Of a stretch of 14,772 nucleotides of DNA, positions 14,575 to 14,772 are shown in pieces (the first letter of the stretch is position 1; each line of letters starts with the position of its first letter). The stretch lies in IMG/VR virus record IMGVR_UViG_2923323785_000003; one strand, written 5' to 3'. A program made the translations under genes and the position numbers. Origin of the DNA: a virus. Lineage: Duplodnaviria; Heunggongvirae; Uroviricota; Caudoviricetes. Below the pieces are notes generated by a model, which saw only the letters and a list, made by a program, of their open reading frames with translations, ran no database searches and had not been told where the DNA came from.

Positions 14575-14772
14575 TTAAGAAGGTGGGTTTTTATTGGAAT
14601 ATAAACTACAATAATGCTCAACTCGTTCGTAGAATTGTTTTTTCTTATTTCTTGGAATGCTAACCATTATATGCATTATGGGGGCGATACTTCCTGATAA
14701 TTTACATGATGCATACATTGAAGCAATAAATTCAATATCATTGTCATCAAAGTTAAAGCTTTCTCCGTCCAT
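14575..14772 (-). CDS. Partial AT-rich ORF of unknown function running off the window edge
   Basis: 65-aa ORF whose first codon is the last 3 nt of the window, so the true start may lie beyond it. Low-GC codon usage unlike the prophage backbone. Confidence 0.3.
   Translation of the reverse strand: MDGESFNFDDNDIEFIASMYASCKLSGSIAPIMHIMVSIPRNKKKQFYERVEHYCSLYSNKNPPS

Noticed and set aside
1-14772. CRISPR arrays, insertion sequences or transposase genes, rRNA
   Set aside because: No array of regularly spaced direct repeats, no transposase-like ORF with terminal inverted repeats, and no rRNA-like sequence were seen. The only repeats are the operator motifs and the duplicated tfa 3' end.

Overview
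This window reads as one arm of a cryptic lambdoid prophage of the Qin/Rac/lambda type from an enterobacterium (most likely Escherichia coli). All calls rest on reading the six-frame translations and on recalled protein and RNA families; no database search was run. Leftward early arm (minus strand): tyrosine integrase, excisionase-like gene, an 825-aa RecE-like exonuclease with a C-terminal DEDDh domain, then a dicB-type operon (YdfD-like, DicB, DicF sRNA, YdfB-like, YdfA-like) under a DicA-like repressor flanked by four TTAG-N6-CTAA operator-like repeats. Rightward arm (plus strand): DicC-like Cro analogue, YdfX-like ORF, a truncated DUF968-like ORF, an HNH-like ORF, RusA and a Q antiterminator, followed by a late-promoter/terminator pair and two tRNAs (Ile2-CAU, Arg-UCU), as in Stx phages. 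The slot where Stx phages carry stxAB holds no toxin genes but two tandem lipoprotein genes whose C-terminal domains resemble TolA domain III; this is the most interesting candidate. Downstream lie an S21/EssQ-type holin with no endolysin, a YdfR-like gene, a truncated side tail fibre gene and a lambda-like tfa, then an AT-rich ORF-poor block with a duplicated tfa 3' end and a partial ORF at the window edge. Replication, endolysin, packaging, head and tail genes are absent, so the element is defective. No CRISPR array, rRNA or transposase was seen.
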